Shown: one piece after another, positions 28,701-46,800 of the stretch
How the letters are laid out: every line of letters begins with the position of its first letter
Position numbering within the stretch: the stretch's first letter is position 1
Source of the DNA: Eledone cirrhosa
Taxonomy: Eukaryota
DNA length: 64,000 bases
NCBI GenBank assembly: GCA_964016885.1
Contig: OZ024743.1
Location: 145,328,001-145,392,000 of the forward strand
Reading direction: 5' to 3'
Notes under the pieces: generated by a model
Told to the model about the DNA's origin: nothing
Databases searched by the model: none
What the model saw: only the letters and a program-made list of their open reading frames with translations
Program-made: the position numbers and the translations under genes

Positions 28701-31700
28701 TACAGAGATGCAATAGCAACAACCATACACAAACACACACTAGTGATCTAAGATATAATATAAATATACGCAGATGCAATAGCAACAGCCATACACAAAC
28801 ACACACTAGTGATCTAAGATATAATATAAATATACACAGATCCAATAGCAACGACCATACAAAAACACACACTACTGATCTAAGATAGAATATAAATATA
28901 CGCAGATGCAATAGCGACAACCATACACAAACACAGAGTAGTGACCAAAGATAGAATATAAATATTAACAGATGCAATAGCAAGAACCATACACAAACAC
29001 ACACTAGTGATCTAAGCTAGAATATAAATATACACAGATGCAATAGCAACAACCATACACAAACACACACTAGTGATCTAAGATAGAATATACATATACG
29101 CAGATGCAATAGCGACAACCATACACACACACACACTAGTGACCTAAGATAGAATATAAATATACACAGATGCAATAGCGACAAACATACACAAACACAC
29201 ACTAGTGACTAAAGATAGAATATAAATATACACAGATGCAATAGTAACAACCATACACAAACACACACTAGTGATCTAAGATAGAATATAAATATACACA
29301 GATGAAATAGCAACAACCATACACAAACACACACTAGTGATCTAAGATAGAATATAAATATACGCAGTTGCAATAGCAACAACCATACACAAACACACAC
29401 TAGTGTTGTAAGATAGAATATAAATATACACACATGCAATAGCAACAACCATACACAAACACACAATAGTGATCAAAGATAGAATATAAATATACACAGA
29501 TGCAATAGCAACAACCATACACAAACACACACTAGTGACACAAGATAGAATGTAAATATACAGAGATGCAATAGCAACAACCATACACAATCACACAGTA
29601 GTGACCAAAGATAGAATATAAATATACATAGATGCAATAGCAACAACCATACTCAAACACACACTAGTGATCTAAGATAGAATATAAATATACACAGATG
29701 CAATGGCAACAACGATACACAAACACACACTAGTGATCTAAGATAGAATATAAATATACACAGATGCAATAGCAACAACCATACACAAACACACAGTAGT
29801 GACCAAAGATAGAATATAAATATACATAGATTCAATAGCAACAACCATACACAAACACACATTAGTGATCTAAGATAGAATATAAATATACACAGATGCA
29901 ATAGCAACAACCATACACAAACACACACTAGTGACCAAAGATAGAATATAAATATACATAGATGCAATAGCAACAACCGTACACAAACACACACTAGTGA
30001 TCTAAGATAGAATATAAATATACACAGATGCAATGGCAACAACGATACACAAACACACACTAGTGATCTAAGATAGAATAAAAATATACACAGATGCAAT
30101 AGCAACAACCATACACAAACACACACTAGTGACTAAAGATAGAATATAAATATTAACAGATGCAATAGCAACAACCATACACAAACACACACTATTGATC
30201 TAAGATAGAATATAAATATACACAGATGCAATAGCAACAACCATACACAAACACAGACTAGTGACCAAAGATAGAATATAAATATACAGAGATGCAATAG
30301 CAACAACCATACACAAACACACACTAGTGATCTAAGATATAATATAAATATACGCAGATGCAATAGCAACAGCCATACACAAACACACACTAGTGATCTA
30401 AGATATAATATAAATATACACAGATCCAATAGCAACGACCATACAAAAACACACACTACTGATCTAAGATAGAATATAAATATACGCAGATACAATAGTA
30501 ACAAACATACACAAACACACACTAGTGTTGTAAGATAGAATATAAATATTAACAGATGCAATAGCAACAAACATACACAAACACACACTAGTGACACAAG
30601 ATAGAATGTAAATATACACAGATGCAATAGCAACAACCATACACAAACACACAGTAGTTATCTAAGATAGAATATAAATATACACAGATGCAATGGCAAC
30701 AACGATACACAAACACACACTAGTGATCTAAGATAGAATATAAATATACACAGATGCAATAGCAACAACCATACACAAACACACAGTAGTGACCAAAGAT
30801 AGAATATAAATATACATAGATGCAATAGCAACAACCGTACACAAACACACACTAGTAACCAAAGATAGAATATAAATATACATATATGCAATAGCAACAA
30901 CCATACACAAACACACACTAGTGATCTAAGATAGAATATAAATATACGCAGATGCAATAGCGACAACAATACACAAACACACAGTAGTGACCAAAGATAG
31001 AATATAAATATACATAGATGCAATAGCAACAACCATACACAAACACACACTAGTGATCTAAGATAGAATATAAATATACACAGATGCAATGGCAACAACG
31101 ATACACAAACACACACTAGTGATCTAAGATAGAATATAAATATACACAGATGCAATAGCAACAACCATACACAAACACACACTAGTGATCTAGGATAGAA
31201 TATAAATATACACAGATTCAATAGCAACAACCATACACAAACAAACACTAGTGATCTAAGATAGAATATAAATATACAGAGATGCAATAGCAACAACCAT
31301 ACACAAACACACACTAGTGATCTAAGATAGAATATAAATATTAACAGATGCAATAGCAACAACCATACACAAACACACACTAGTGACCTAAGATAGAATA
31401 TAAATATACACACATGCAATAACAACAAACATACACAAACACACATTAGTGACCAAAGATTGAATATAAATATACACAGATGCAATAGCAACGACGATAC
31501 ACAAACACACAGAGTGATATAAGATAGAATATAAATATACACAGATGCAAGAGTAACAACCATACACAAACACACACTAGTGATCTAAGATAGAATATAA
31601 ATATACACAGATGCAATAGCAACAACCATACACAAACACACACTAGAGATCTAAGATAGAATATAAATATACACATATGCAATAGCAACAACCATACACA

Positions 31701-32950
31701 AACACACACTAGTAACCAAAGATAGAATATAAATATACATAGATGCAATAGCAACAACCATACACAAACACACACTAGTGATCTAAGATAGAATATAAAT
31801 ATACACAGATGCAATAGTAACAACCATACACAAACACACACTAGTGATCTTAGATAGAATATAAATATACACAGATGCAATGGCAACAACGATACACAAA
31901 CACACACTAGTGATCTAAGATAGAATATAAATATACACAGATGCAATAGCAACCACCATACACAAACACACACTAGTGACTAAAGATAGAATATAAGTAT
32001 TAACAGATGCAATAGCAACAACCATACACAAACACACACTATTGATCTAAGATAGAATATAAATATACACAGATGCAATAGCAACAACCATACACAAACA
32101 CAGACTAGTGACCAAAGATAGAATATAAATATACATAGATGCAATAGCAACAACCATACACAAACACACACTAGTGATCTAAGATAGAATGTAAATATAC
32201 AGAGATGCAATAACAACAACCATACACAAACACACACTAGTGATCTAAGATATAATATAAATATACGCAGATGCAATAGCAACAGCCATACACAAACACA
32301 CACTAGTGATCTAAGATATAATATAAATATACACAGATCCAATAGCAACGACCATACAAAAACACACACTACTGATCTAAGATAGAATATAAATATACGC
32401 AGATGCAATAGCGACAACCATACACAAACACAGACTAGTGACCAAAGATAGAATATAATTATTAACAGATGCAATAGCAAGAACCATACACAAACACACA
32501 CTAGTGATCTAAGATAGAATATAAATATACACAGATGCAATAGCAACAACCATACACAAACACACACTAGTGATCTAAGATAGAATATAAATATACACAG
32601 ATGCAATAGCAACAACCATACACAAACACACACTAGTGACCTAAGATAGAATATAAATATACACAGATGCAATAGCGACAACCATACACAAACACACACT
32701 AGTGACCAAACATAGAATATAAATATACAGAGATGCAATAGCAACAACGATACACAAACACACACTAGTGACCTAAGATAGAATATAAATATACACAGAT
32801 GCAATAGCGACAACCTTACACAAACACACACTAGTGACTAAAGATAGAATATAAATATACACAGATGCAATAGTAACAACCATACACAAACACACACTAG
32901 TGATCTAAGATAGAATATAAATATACACAGATGAAATAGCAACAACCATA
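25771..32950. repeat. Higher-order duplication, period about 3563 bp (54 monomers), with internal monomer indels
   Basis: Matching ORF-track pairs 25779/29342, 26090/29653, 27825/31388 and 28417/31980, all offset 3563. End approximate. Confidence 0.75.
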
Positions 32951-33229
32951 CACAAACACACACTAGTGATCTAAGATAGAATATAAATATACACAGATGC
33001 AATAGCAACAACCATACACAAACACACACTAGTGATCTAAGATAGAATATAAATATACACAGATGCAATGGCAACAACGATACACAAACACACACTAGTG
33101 ATCTAAGATAGAATATAAATATACACAGATGCAAGAGCAACAACCATACACATACACACACTAGTGACCAAAGATAGAATATAAATATTAACAGATGCAA
33201 TAGCAACAACCATACACAAACACACACTA

Positions 33230-36200
33230 TTGATCTAAGATAGAATATAAATATACACAGATGCAATAGCAACAACCATAAACAAACACAGACTAGTGAC
33301 CAAAGATAGAATATAAATATTAACAGATGCAATAGCAAGAACCATACACAAACACACAGTAGTGACCAAAGATAGAATATAAATATACATAGATGCAATA
33401 GCAACAACCATACACAAACACACACTAGTGATCTAAGATAGAATATAAATATACACAGATGCAATGGCAACAACCAAACACAAACACACACTAGTGATCT
33501 AAGATAGAATATAAATATACAGAGATGCAATAGCAACAACCATACACAAACACACACTAGTGATCTAAGATATAATATAAATATACGCAGATGAAATAGC
33601 AACAGCCATACACAAACACACACTAGTGATCTAAGATATAATATAAATATACACAGATCCAATAGCAACGACCATACAAAAATACACACTACTGATCTAA
33701 GATAGAATATAAATATACGCAGATGCAATAGCAACAACCATACACAAACACACACTAGTGTTGTAAGATAGAATATAAATATTAACAGATGCAATAGCAA
33801 CAAACATACACAAACACACACTAGTGTTGTAAGATAGAATATAAATATACACACATGCAATAGCAGCAACCATAAAACAAACACACACTAGTGATCAAAG
33901 ATAGAATATAAATATACACAGATGCAATAGCAACGACCATACACAAACACACACTAGTGACACAAGATAGAATGTAAATATACACAGATGCAATAGCAAC
34001 AAACATACACAAACACACAGTAGTGACCAAAGATAGAATATAAATATACATAGATGCAATAGCAACAACCATACACAAACACACACTAGTGATCTAAGAT
34101 AAATATAAATATACACAGATGCAATGGCAACAACGATACACAAACACACACTGGTGATTTAAGATAGAATATAAATATACACAGATGCAATAGCAACAAC
34201 CATACACAAACACACAGTAGCGACCAAAGATAGAATATAAATATACATAGATTCAATAGCAACAACCATACACAAACACACATTAGTGATCTAAGATAGA
34301 ATATAAATATACACAGATGCAATAGCAACAACCATACACAAACACACACTAGTGACCAAAGATAGAATATAAATATACATAGATGTAATAGCAACAACCG
34401 TACACAAACACACACTAGTGGTCTAAGATAGAATATAAATATACACAGATGCAATAGCAACAACCATACACAAACACACACTAGTGACCAAACATAGAAT
34501 ATAAATATACAGAGATGCAATAGCAACAACGATACACAAACACACACTAGTGATCTAAGATAGAATATAAATATACGCAGATGCAATAGCGACAACCATA
34601 CACAAACACACACTAGTGACCAAAGATAGAATATAAATATACATAGATGCAATAGCAACAACCGTACACAAACACACACTAGTAACCAAAGATAGAATAT
34701 AAATATACATATATGCAATATCAACAACCATACACAAACACACACTAGTGATCTAAGATAGAATATAAATATACACAGATGCAATAGCGACAACCATACA
34801 CAAACACACACTAGTGACCAAACATAGAATATAAATATACATGGATGCAATAGCAACAAAGATACACAAACACACACTAGTGATCTAAGATAGAATATAA
34901 ATATACGCAGATGCAATAGCGACAACCATACACAAACACACAGTAGTGACCAAAGATAGAATATAAATATACATAGATGCAATAGCAACAACCATACACA
35001 AACACACACTAGTGATCTAAGATAGAATATAAATATACACAGATGCAATGGCAACAACGATACACAAACACACACTAGTGATCTAAGATAGAATATAAAT
35101 ATACACAGATGCAATAGCAACAACCATACACAAACACACAGTAGCGACCAAAGATAGAATATAAATATACATAGATTCAATAGCAACAACCATACACAAA
35201 CACACATTAGTGATCTAAGATAGAATATAAATATACACAGACGCAATAGCAACAACCATACACAAACACGCACTAGTGACCAAAGATAGAATATAAATAT
35301 ACATAGATGCAATAGCAACAACCGTACACAAACACATACTAGTGATCTAAGATAGAATATAAATATACACAGATGCAATAGCAACAACCATACACAAACA
35401 CACACTAGTGATCTAAGATAGAATATAAATACACACAGATGAAATAGCAACAACCATACACAAACACACACTAGTGACCAAACATAGAATATAAATATAC
35501 AGAGATGCAATAGCAACAACGATACACAAACACACACTAGTGATCTAAGATAGAATATAAATATACACAGATGCAATAGCAACAACCATAAACAAACACA
35601 GACTAGTGACCAAAGATAGAATATAAATATTAACAGATGCAATAGCAAGAACCATACACAAACACACAGTAGTGACCAAAGATAGAATATAAATATACAT
35701 AGATGCAATAGCAACAACCATACACAAACACACACTAGTGATCTAAGATAGAATATAAATATACACAGATGCAATGGCAACAACCAAACACAAACACACA
35801 CTAGTGATCTAAGATAGAATATAAATATACAGAGATGCAATAGCAACAACCATACACAAACACACACTAGTGATCTAAGATATAATATAAATATACGCAG
35901 ATGAAATAGCAACAGCCATACACAAACACACACTAGTGATCTAAGATATAATATAAATATACACAGATCCAATAGCAACGACCATACAAAAATACACACT
36001 ACTGATCTAAGATAGAATATAAATATACGCAGATGCAATAGCAACAACCATACACAAACACACACTAGTGTTGTAAGATAGAATATAAATATTAACAGAT
36101 GCAATAGCAACAAACATACACAAACACACACTAGTGTTGTAAGATAGAATATAAATATACACACATGCAATAGCAGCAACCATAAAACAAACACACACTA

Positions 36201-37850
36201 GTGATCAAAGATAGAATATAAATATACACAGATGCAATAGCAACGACCATACACAAACACACACTAGTGACACAAGATAGAATGTAAATATACACAGATG
36301 CAATAGCAACAAACATACACAAACACACAGTAGTGACCAAAGATAGAATATAAATATACATAGATGCAATAGCAACAACCATACACAAACACACACTAGT
36401 GATCTAAGATAAATATAAATATACACAGATGCAATGGCAACAACGATACACAAACACACACTGGTGATTTAAGATAGAATATAAATATACACAGATGCAA
36501 TAGCAACAACCATACACAAACACACAGTAGCGACCAAAGATAGAATATAAATATACATAGATTCAATAGCAACAACCATACACAAACACACATTAGTGAT
36601 CTAAGATAGAATATAAATATACACAGATGCAATAGCAACAACCATACACAAACACACACTAGTGACCAAAGATAGAATATAAATATACATAGATGTAATA
36701 GCAACAACCGTACACAAACACACACTAGTGGTCTAAGATAGAATATAAATATACACAGATGCAATAGCAACAACCATACACAAACACACACTAGTGACCA
36801 AACATAGAATATAAATATACAGAGATGCAATAGCAACAACGATACACAAACACACACTAGTGATCTAAGATAGAATATAAATATACGCAGATGCAATAGC
36901 GACAACCATACACAAACACACACTAGTGACCAAAGATAGAATATAAATATACATAGATGCAATAGCAACAACCGTACACAAACACACACTAGTAACCAAA
37001 GATAGAATATAAATATACATATATGCAATATCAACAACCATACACAAACACACACTAGTGATCTAAGATAGAATATAAATATACACAGATGCAATAGCGA
37101 CAACCATACACAAACACACACTAGTGACCAAACATAGAATATAAATATACATGGATGCAATAGCAACAACGATACACAAACACACACTAGTGATCTAAGA
37201 TAGAATATAAATATACGCAGATGCAATAGCGACAACCATACACAAACACACAGTAGTGACCAAAGATAGAATATAAATATACATAGATGCAATAGCAACA
37301 ACCATACACAAACACACACTAGTGATCTAAGATAGAATATAAATATACACAGATGCAATGGCAACAACGATACACAAACACACACTAGTGATCTAAGATA
37401 GAATATAAATATACGCAGATGCAATAGCAACAACCATACACAAACACACAGTAGCGACCAAAGATAGAATATAAATATACATAGATTCAATAGCAACAAC
37501 CATACACAAACACACATTAGTGATCTAAGATAGAATATAAATATACACAGACGCAATAGCAACAACCATACACAAACACACACTAGTGACCAAAGATAGA
37601 ATATAAATATACATAGATGCAATAGCAACAACCGTACACAAACACATACTAGTGATCTAAGATAGAATATAAATATACACAGATGCAATAGCAACAACCA
37701 TACACAAACACACACTAGTGATCTAAGATAGAATATAAATACACACAGATGAAATAGCAACAACCATACACAAACACACACTAGTGACCAAACATAGAAT
37801 ATAAATATACAGAGATGCAATAGCAACAACGATACACAAACACACACTAG
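33230..37850. repeat. Higher-order tandem duplication, period 2310 bp (35 monomers)
   Basis: Matching pairs 33235/35545, 33697/36007, 33895/36205, 34555/36865. Shared rare variants CATAAAACAAA, CTGGTGATTTAAG and GATGTAAT. Boundaries approximate. Confidence 0.85.
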
Positions 37851-40800
37851 TGATCTAAGATAGAATATAAATATACGCAGATGCAATAGCGACAACCATA
37901 CACAAACACACACTAGTGACCAAAGATAGAATATAAATATACATAGATGCAATAGCAACAACCGTACACAAACACACACTAGTAACCAAAGATAGAATAT
38001 AAATATACATATATGCAATATCAACAACCATACACAAACACACACTAGTGATCTAAGATAGAATATAAATATACACAGATGCAATAGCGACAACCATACA
38101 CAAACACACACTAGTGACCAAACATAGAATATAAATATACATGGATGCAATAGCAACAACGATACACAAACACACACTAGTGATCTAAGATAGAATATAA
38201 ATATACGCAGATGCAATAGCGACAACCATACACAAACACACAGTAGTGACCAAAGATAGAATATAAATATAGATAGATGCAATAGCAACAACCATACACA
38301 AACACACACTAGTGATCTAAGATAGAATATAAATATACACAGATGCAATGGCAACAACGATACACAAACACACACTAGTGATCTAAGATAGAATATAAAT
38401 ATACACAGATTCAATAGCAACAACCATACACAAACACACACTAGTGATCTAGGATAGAATATAAATATACACAGATTCAATAGCAACAACCATACACAAA
38501 CAAACACTAGTGATCTAAGATAGAATATAAATATACACAGATGCAATAGCAACAACCATACACAAACACACACTAGTGATCTAAGATAGAATATAAATAT
38601 TAACAGATGCAATAGCAACAACCATACACAAACACACACTAGTGATCTAAGATAGAATATAAATATACGCAGATGCTATAGCAACAACCATACACAAAGA
38701 CACACTAGTGATCTAAGATAGAATATAAATATACACAGATGCAATAGCAACAACCATACACAAACACACACTAGTGACCTAAGATAGAATATAAATATAC
38801 ACACATGCAATAACAACAAACATACACAAACACACATTAGTGACCAAAGATTGAATATAAATATACACAGATGCAATAGCAACAACGATACACAAACACA
38901 CAGAGTGATGTAAGATAGAATATAAATATACACAGATGCAAGTTTAACAACCATACACAAACACACACTAGTGATCTAAGATAGTATATAAATATACAAC
39001 AGATGCAATAGCGATAACCATACACAAACACACACTAGTGATCTAAGATAGAATATAAATATACACAGATGCAATAGCAACAACCATACACAAACACACA
39101 CTAGTGAACTAAGATAGAATATAAATATACACAGATGCAATAGCAACAACCATACACAAACACACACTAGTGACCTAAGATAGAATATAAATATACACAG
39201 ATGCAATAGCGACAACCATACACAAACACACACTAGTGATCTAAGATAGAATATAAATATACACAGATGCAATGGCAACAACGATACACAAACACACAGT
39301 AGTGACCAAAGATAGAATATAAATATACATAGATTCAATAGCAACAACCATACACAAACACACATTAGTGATCTAAGATAGAATATAAATATACACAGAT
39401 GCAATAGCAACAACCATACACAAACATACACTAGTGACCAAAGATAGAATATAAATATACATAGATGCAATAGCAACAACCGTACACAAACACACACTAG
39501 TGATCTAAGATAGAATATAAATATACACAGATGCAATAGCAACAACCATACACAAACACACACTAGTGATCTAAGATAGAATATAAATATACACAGATGA
39601 AATAGCAACAACCATACACAAACACACACTAGTGACCAAAGAGAGAATATAAATATACAGAGATGCAATAGCAACAACGATACACAAACACACACTAGTG
39701 ATCTAAGATAGAATATAAATATACGCAGATGCAATAGCGACAACCATACACAAACACACACTAGTGACCAAAGATAGAATATAAATATACATATATGCAA
39801 TAGCAACAACCATACACAAACACACACTAGTGATCTAAGATAGAATATAAATATACACAGATGCAATAGCGACAAGCATACACAAACACACACTAGTGAC
39901 CAAACATAGAATATAAATATACAGAGATGCAATAGCAACAACGATACACAAACACACACTAGTGATCTAAGATAGAATATAAATATACACAGATGCAATG
40001 GCAACAACGATACACAAACACACACTAGTGATCTAAGATAGAATATAAATATACACAGATGCAATAGCAACAACCATACACAAACACACACTAGTGATCT
40101 AGGATAGAATATAAATATACACAGATTCAATAGCAACAACCATACACAAACAAACACTAGTGATCTAAGATAGAATATAAATATACACAGATGCAATAGC
40201 AACAACCATACACAAACACACACTAGTGATCTAAGATAGAATATAAATATTAACAGATGCAATAGCAACAACCATACACAAACACACACTAGTGATCTAA
40301 GATAGAATATAAATATACACAGATGCAATGGCAACAACCAAACACAAACACACACTAGTGATCTAAGATAGATTATAAATATACAGAGATGCAATAGCAA
40401 CAACCATACACAAACACACACTAGTGATCTAAGATATAATATAAATATACGCAGATGCAATAGCAACAGCCATACACAAACACACACTAGTGATCTAAGA
40501 TATAATATAAATATACACAGATCCAATAGCAACGACCATACAAAAACACACACTACTGATCTAAGATAGAATATAAATATACGCAGATGCAATAGCAACA
40601 ACCATACACAAACACACACTAGTGTTGTAAGATAGAATATAAATATTAACAGATGCAATAGCAACAAACATACACAAACACACACTAGTGTTGTAAGATA
40701 GAATATAAATATACACACATGCAATAGCAGCAACCATACACAAACACACACTAGTGATCAAAGATAGAATATAAATATACACAGATGCAATAGCAACGAC

Positions 40801-43800
40801 CATACACAAACACACACTAGTGACACAAGATAGAATGTAAATATACACAGATGCAATAGCAACAAACATACACAAACACACAGTAGTGACCAAAGATAGA
40901 ATATAAATATACATAGATGCAATAGCAACAACCATACACACACACCCACACTAGTGATCTAAGATAAATATAAATATACACAGATGCAATGGCAACAACG
41001 ATATACAAACACACATTAGTGATCTAAGATAGAATATAAATATACACAGATGCAATAGCAACAACCATACACAAACACACACTAGTGACCAAAGATAGAA
41101 TATAAATATACATAGATGCAATAGCAACAACCGTACACAAACACACACTAGTGATCTAAGATAGAATATAAATATACACAGATGCAATAGCAACAACCAT
41201 ACACAAACACACACTAGTGATCTAAGATAGAATATAAATATACACAGATGAAATAGCAACAACCATACACAAACACACACTAGTGACCAAACATAGAATA
41301 TAAATATACAGAGATGCAATAGCAACAACGATACACAAACACACACTAGTGATCTAAGATAGAATATAAATATACGCAGATGCAATAGCGACAACCATAC
41401 ACAAACACACACTAGTGACCAAAGATAGAATATAAATATACATAGATGCAATAGCAACAACCGTACACAAACACACACTAGTAACCAAAGATAGAATATA
41501 AATATACATATATGCAATATCAACAACCATACACAAACACACACTAGTGATCTAAGATAGAATATAAATATACACAGATGCAATAGCGACAACCATACAC
41601 AAACACACACTAGTGACCAAACATAGAATATAAATATACATGGATGCAATAGCAACAACGATACACAAACACACACTAGTGATCTAAGATAGAATATAAA
41701 TATACGCAGATGCAATAGCGACAACCATACACAAACACACAGTAGTGACCAAAGATAGAATATAAATATACATAGATGCAATAGCAACAACCATACACAA
41801 ACACACACTAGTGATCTAAGATAGAATATAAATATACACAGATGCAATGGCAACAACGATACACAAACACACACTAGTGATCTAAGATAGAATATAAATA
41901 TACACAGATGCAATAGCAACAACCATACACAAACACACACTAGTGATCTAGGATAGAATATAAATATACACAGATTCAATAGCAACAACCATACACAAAC
42001 AAACACTAGTGATCTAAGATAGAATATAAATATACACAGATGCAATAGCAACAACCATACACAAACACACACTAGTGATCTAAGATAGAATATAAATATT
42101 AACAGATGCAATAGCAACAACCATACACAAACACACACTAGTGATCTAAGATAGAATATAAATATACGCAGATGCTATAGCAACAACCATACACAAAGAC
42201 ACACTAGTGATCTAAGATAGAATATAAATATACACAGATGCAATAGCAACAACCATACACAAACACACACTAGTGACCTAAGATAGAATATAAATATACA
42301 CACATGCAATAACAACAAACATACACAAACACACATTAGTGACCAAAGATTGAACATAAATATACACAGATGCAATAGCAACAACGATACACAAACACAC
42401 AGAGTGATGTAAGATAGAATATAAATATACACAGATGCAAGTTTAACAACCATACACAAACACACACTAGTGATCTAAGATAGAATATAAATATACAACA
42501 GATGCAATAGCGACAACCATACACAAACACACACTAGTGATCTAAGATAGAATATAAATATACACAGATGCAATAGCAACAACCATACACAAACACACAC
42601 TAGTGATCTAAGATAGAATATAAATATACACAGATGCAATGGCAACAACCAAACACAAACACACACTAGTGATCTAAGATAGAATATAAATATACAGAGA
42701 TGCAATAGCAACAACCATACACAAACACACACTAGTGATCTAAGATATAATATAAATATACGCAGATGCAATAGCAACAGCCATACACAAACACACACTA
42801 GTGATCTAAGATATAATATAAATATACACAGATCCAATAGCAACGACCATACAAAAACACACACTACTGATCTAAGATAGAATATAAACATACGCAGATG
42901 CAATAGCAACAACCATACACAAACACACACTAGTGTTGTAAGATAGAATATAAATATTAACAGATGCAATAGCAACAAACATACACAAACACACACTAGT
43001 GTTGTAAGATAGAATATAAATATACACACATGCAATAGCAGCAACCATACACAAGCACACACTAGTGATCAAAGATAGAATATAAATATACACAGATGCA
43101 ATAGCAACGACCATATACAATCACACACTAGTGACACAAGATAGAATGTAAATATACACAGATGCAATAGCAACAAACATACACAAACACACAGTAGTGA
43201 CCAAACATAGAATATAAATATACATGGATGCAATAGCAACAACGATACACAAACACACACTAGTGATCTAAGATAGAATATAAATATACGCAGATGCAAT
43301 AGCGACAACCATACACAAACACACAGTAGTGACCAAAGATAGAATATAAATATACATAGATGCAATAGCAACAACCATACACAAACACACACTAGTGATC
43401 TAAGATAGAATATAAATATACACAGATGCAATAGCAACAACCATACACAAACACACACGAGTGATCTAAGATAGAATATAAATATACAACAGATGCAAGT
43501 TTAACAACCATACACAAACACACACTAGTGATCTAAGATAGAATATAAATATACAACAGATGCAATAGCGACAACCATACACAAACACACACTAGTGATC
43601 TAAGATAGAATATAAATATACACAGATGCAATAGCAACAACCATACACAAACACACACGAGTGATCTAAGATAGAATATAAATATACACAGATGCAATAG
43701 CAACAACCATACACAAACACACACTAGTGATCTAAGATAGAATATAAATATACACAGATGCAATGGCAACAACCAAACACAAACACACACTAGTGATCTA

Positions 43801-46800
43801 AGATAGAATATAAATATACAGAGATGCAATAGCAACAACCATACACAAACACACACTAGTGATCTAAGATATAATATAAATATACGCAGATGCAATAGCA
43901 ACAGCCATACACAAACACACACTAGTGATCTAAGATATAATATAAATATACACAGATCCAATAGCAACGACCATACAAAAACACACACTACTGATCTAAG
44001 ATAGAATATAAATATACGCAGATGCAATAGCAACAACCATACACAAACACACACTAGTGTTGTAAGATAGAATATAAATATTAACAGATGCAATAGCAAC
44101 AAACATACACAAACACACACTAGTGTTGTAAGATAGAATATAAATATACACACATGCAATAGCAGCAACCATACACAAGCACACACTAGTGATCAAAGAT
44201 AGAATATAAATATACACAGATGCAATAGCAACGACCATATACAAACACACACTAGTGACACAAGATAGAATGTAAATATACACAGATGCAATAGCAACAA
44301 ACATACACAAACACACAGTAGTGACCAAAGATAGAATATAAATATACATAGATGCAATAGCAACAACCATACACAAACACACACTAGTGATCTAAGATAA
44401 ATATAAATATACACAGATGCAATGGCAACAACGATACACAAACACACACTAGTGATCTAAGATAGAATATAAATATACACAGATGCAATAGCAACAACCA
44501 TACACAAACACACAGTAGCGACCAAAGATAGAATATAAATATACATAGATTCAATAGCAACAACCATACACAAACACACATTAGTGATCTATGATAGAAT
44601 ATAAATATACACAGATGCAATAGCAACAACCATACACAAACACACACTAGTGACCATAGATAGAATATAAATATACATAGATGCAATAGCAACAACCGTA
44701 CACAAACACACACTAGTGATCTAAGATAGAATATAAATATACACAGATGCAATAGCAACAACCATACACAAACACACACTAGTGATCTAAGATAGAATAT
44801 AAATATACACAGATGAAATAGCAACAACCATACACAAACACACACTAGTGACCAAACATAGAATATAAATATACAGAGATGCAATAGCAACAACGATACA
44901 CAAACACACACTAGTGATCTAAGATAGAATATAAATATACGCAGATGCAATAGCGACAACCATACACAAACACACACTAGTGACCAAAGATAGAATATAA
45001 ATATACATAGATGCAATAGCAACAACCGTACACAAACACACACTAGTAACCAAAGATAGAATATAAATATACATATATGCAATATCAACAACCATACACA
45101 AACACACACTAGTGATCTAAGATAGAATATAAATATACACAGATGCAATAGCGACAACCATACACAAACACACACTAGTGACCAAACATAGAATATAAAT
45201 ATACATGGATGCAATAGCAACAACGATACACAAACACACACTAGTGATCTAAGATAGAATATAAATATACGCAGATGCAATAGCGACAACCATACACAAA
45301 CACACAGTAGTGACCAAAGATAGAATATAAATATACATAGATGCAATAGCAACAACCATACACAAACACACACTAGTGATCTAAGATAGAATATAAATAT
45401 ACACAGATGCAATGGCAACAACGATACACAAACACACACTAGTGATCTAAGATAGAATATAAATATACACAGATGCAATAGCAACAACCATACACAAAAA
45501 CACACTAGTGATCTAGGATAGAATATAAATATACACAGATTCAATAGCAACAACCATACACAAACAAACACTAGTGATCTAAGATAGAATATAAATATAC
45601 ACAGATGCAATAGCAACAACCATACACAAACACACACTAGTGATCTAAGATAGAATATAAATATTAACAGATGCAATAGCAACAACCATACACAAACACA
45701 CACTAGTGATCTAAGATAGAATATAAATATACGCAGATGCTATAGCAACAACCATACACAAAGACACACTAGTGATCTAAGATAGAATATAAATATACAC
45801 AGATGCAATAGCAACAACCATACACAAACACACACTAGTGACCTAAGATAGAATATAAATATACACACATGCAATAACAACAAACATACACAAACACACA
45901 TTAGTGACCAAAGATTGAATATAAATATACACAGATGCAAGTTTAACAACCATACACAAACACACACTAGTGATCTAAGATAGAATATAAATATACAACA
46001 GATGCAATAGCGACAACCATACACAAACACACACTAGTGATCTAAGATAGAATATAAATATACACAGATGCAATAGCAACAACCATACACAAACACACAC
46101 TAGTGATCTAAGATAGAATATAAATATACACAGATGCAATAGCAACAACCATACACAAACACACACTAGTGACCTAAGATAGAATATAAATATACACAGA
46201 TGCAATAGCGACAACCATACACAAACACACACTAGTGATCTAAGATAGAATATAAATATACACAGATGCAATGGCAACAACGATACACAAACACACAGTA
46301 GTGACCAAAGATAGAATATAAATATACATAGATTCAATAGCAACAACCATACACAAACACACATTAGTGATCTAAGATAGAATATAAATATACACAGATG
46401 CAATAGCAACAAACATACACAAACACACACTAGTGACCAAAGATAGAATATAAATATACATAGATGCAATAGCAACAACCGTACACAAACACACGCTAGT
46501 GATCTAAGATAGAATATAAATATACACAGATGCAATAGCAACAACCATACACAAACACACACTAGTGATCTAAGATAGAATATAAATATACACAGATGAA
46601 ATAGCAACAACCATACACAAACACACACTAGTGACCAAAGATAGAATATAAATATACAGAGATGCAATAGCAACAACGATACACAAACACACACTAGTGA
46701 TCTAAGATAGAATATAAATATACGCAGATGCAATAGCGACAACCATACACAAACACACACTAGTGACCAAAGATAGAATATAAATATACATATATGCAAT

